The notes under the pieces: generated by a model
The model's database searches: none
What the model was told of the DNA's origin: nothing
What the model saw: the letters and a program-made list of their open reading frames with translations, nothing else
Position numbers and translations under genes: made by a program
Assembly (NCBI GenBank): GCA_038496445.1
Contig: JALMLS010000315.1
Span: 117,616-181,615, forward strand
Origin: Trichosphaerium sp. ATCC 40318
Taxonomy: Eukaryota; Protista; Tubulinea
DNA length: 64,000 nt
Reading direction: 5' to 3'
Part shown: positions 61,876 through 64,000 of the stretch, in pieces
Layout: each line of letters begins with the position of its first letter
Position numbering within the stretch: position 1 is the first letter of the stretch

Positions 61876-61979
61876 TATGTGTCGGCAATTATAATTGTGT
61901 ACACAAAATAGTAAAAACGATGGATTGGTTTATTGTTTTCTTAACTATTACAAGTACATTTACATTACAACACATTATT

Positions 61980-63003
61980 ACATTACAACCTCATTACCAA
62001 ACGACCATGTTTTTGGTAATATCCCTCAACTATTGCCTTCAGCTATGTACACCAAATATCTTGGTTTCACACTTTCTCTCCATAAAACTCACTTTCGACT
62101 TTCACAAGGGTTTGGAAAATATTATCAAGTCTTTCAACTCATGGAAACCTTATGCTAAAACACTTAGAGCTAAGCACTCCATTCTTTGCACTTATGCACA
62201 GTCTCAAATCTTATATTTTGCTAGACCACTTCTTATTCCACAGGAAATAGACTAAAAATAATGTCAGCTGGTTTCTGTTTTATGGTTACTATGACAGCAC
62301 CAATAATGTTGCCAAAGTATATAACAAAGACATGTTTATCGATTATCATTGGGTGTTAGAACCTCACTGCCTTTCCACTTAGGTGGACTGTCTGTCCCTG
62401 ATATATCCACCATAACAAACAATTTTAAGGCCTCTTTGTGGTTCAGGCACCTCACCACAGTCACCTTATATTCCGACTTATGGGAATCTCACCTTTCCAA
62501 TATAGGTAATTATTGCTACAATAGCTGGAAGGAGTTAGCTGCTGATGGTACATTTCCTCCTTTGCAACGTTATGCAAAAGTGTCAGATATTGTGAAACAC
62601 AACACATCTAAACCAAAAAGTGTCAAATGGCCTCCTACCTTACTGCTTATGATTGATGATGGCTGGAAAGTCCACCTAATGTTAAAGACTGTTAGCTCCT
62701 TGAGGGGAATTAACTAGCCTAGAGACATCTTGTGGCGGTACTTTTTAAAACTAGTGCCTGTCAAACATTCAAAATCTCCTATTCCAACACAAACATTTTC
62801 CATACACCCATTTCCCCACATACATATAGATCTAACAGAAAAAGAAATAACTATGGCTCAGACTATGAAATTTCAGACTGTGAAAACTCTGACAAATGGG
62901 AATCAGATCTGTATTTCGAATTGTAAACACATGTATCAAAATGTGCAGAGTTATTGTTGTCCACAGCACAATAAACCCACCTTTTTTTAAAAAAAAAAAA
63001 AAA
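61980..63003 (+). mobile_element. 5'-truncated, decayed non-LTR retrotransposon (L1/Tx1-like ORF2 3' part) with poly(A) tail
   Basis: RT end motif TKYLG, thumb region W...KTLRAKHSIL...ILY, LPFHLGGLSVPDI, LWRYFLKLVP; frameshifts and stops; AATAAA then A15 at 62989-63003. Confidence 0.75.
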
Positions 63004-63216
63004 CCATATGTACACTTAACCAACAATAGCCATTCAGAAATGAAGATGTTTATACAACTACAAGAACTTTACAAAGAGATAAAGGTGTGCAACAGTAAAC
63101 CATACCACAGCATGACATCTATAAAACCATGTTTACACATGATAGACACTAAATGTGAGTAATTGTGTGAAGCAGTTGAGAATTGTGCATTGTGTTCATT
63201 GAAATTGCCTAATACA

Positions 63217-63445
63217 TTTTTTTTTTTTTTCAAAAATGGTGGGTTTATTGTGCTGTGGATGACAATAACCATGCGTGCTTTTTGTTACATTTTGTTTTAT
63301 CACAGTTCAAAGTAAAGATCTTCATCCCAGTCATCTGAGCTTTCATCATCTGAGTAATAGTTGTGTCTTTGCCTACTTGACCTACTAATGGTTGGTGGAG
63401 TTAGTGGACAAAACTCAACCATCTCACCCCAAAGCCGATCGCCTC
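63217..63445 (-). mobile_element. 3' end of a second, diverged copy of the same retrotransposon family
   Basis: Encodes ...RHNYYSDDESSDDWDEDLYFEL* versus ...RNNYGSDYEISDCENSDKWESDLYFEL* in the + copy; shares TCCACAGCACAATAAACCCACC and a poly(A) tail. Confidence 0.75.
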
Positions 63446-63910
63446 CAATCGTCAACAATAAAACATGTATTTTCACCCAAGTAAGCAGTAGTTAGGTTTG
63501 TATCGGCATGGCTCTAAAAGTAGGCGAAAAAATTTAAAAATACCCAAAAACCAACAATTTCTTGATTTTTCTATTTTTCGTGAATAACTCAGGTCTACTA
63601 GTATGAATCCTTTAAAAAACGAAGTATGGCCCACTATTAGGTACGATGCATGGTTTCGTGGTGGTTTGGGGTTCGGTGCCCCTTTTTAAAGACGATTATT
63701 GGATTTGAGATTTTTTGCCTAATTAGGTAAGTTCTTGCTTAAGTATTTACGATAAGGCAGGATTGGCGAAAAAAGCAGGTAAAATGGCAAAAACATGAAG
63801 TTGGTTGATATAAACTGGGTATTGTTGATGTGGGGATAGTTTTATGTAAAGTTTGTAATAATTGTACCAAACCTCTTTGTAATCGTTATGTGTTATGTAT
63901 CGTAATAAAC

Positions 63911-64000
63911 TGTCTTTGTTATATACTTTGGCAACATTATTGGTGCTGTCATAGTAACCATAAAACAGAAACCAGCTGACATTATTTTTAGTCTATTTCC
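63911..64000 (-). repeat. Exact inverted copy of 62243-62332 (retrotransposon fragment), running off the window end
   Basis: The 90-nt reverse complement matches 62243-62332 with no visible mismatch. Confidence 0.9.

Overview
Eukaryotic nuclear DNA with about 23 protein-coding genes packed into 1-60.3 kb. The genes are split by roughly 250 short spliceosomal introns, mostly 40-70 nt, with GTAC/GTGC donors, a YTRAY branch point and YAG/AAG acceptors; this is why the ORF track is fragmented. A transposon/repeat block follows abruptly at 60.5-64 kb. Gene content and splice signals suggest an amoebozoan-type protist (inference only). Recognisable genes: F-box/NHL protein, BEACH protein, GGCT-cytochrome b5(MAPR) fusion, two Roco (LRRK-like) kinases, proteasome alpha-7, kelch protein, RPL30, amidase, PCCA, DENN, ABHD hydrolase, Serinc, VPS9 GEF, filamin-repeat protein, UIF-like export adaptor and INTS5. 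Most notable observations: (i) two paralogous proteins of ~70-aa Trp-rich tandem repeats with probable mitochondrial presequences, one ending in a RAP/Vsr-like PD-(D/E)XK domain, a candidate PPR/FASTK-like organellar nucleic-acid-processing family; (ii) about 17 GC-AG introns plus a candidate GA-AG intron; (iii) the GGCT-MAPR fusion; (iv) an unannotated 4-exon prepropeptide-like secreted gene; (v) a CpG-deamination signature confined to the repeats. All gene models were spliced by eye, so boundaries are approximate and no database searches were run.
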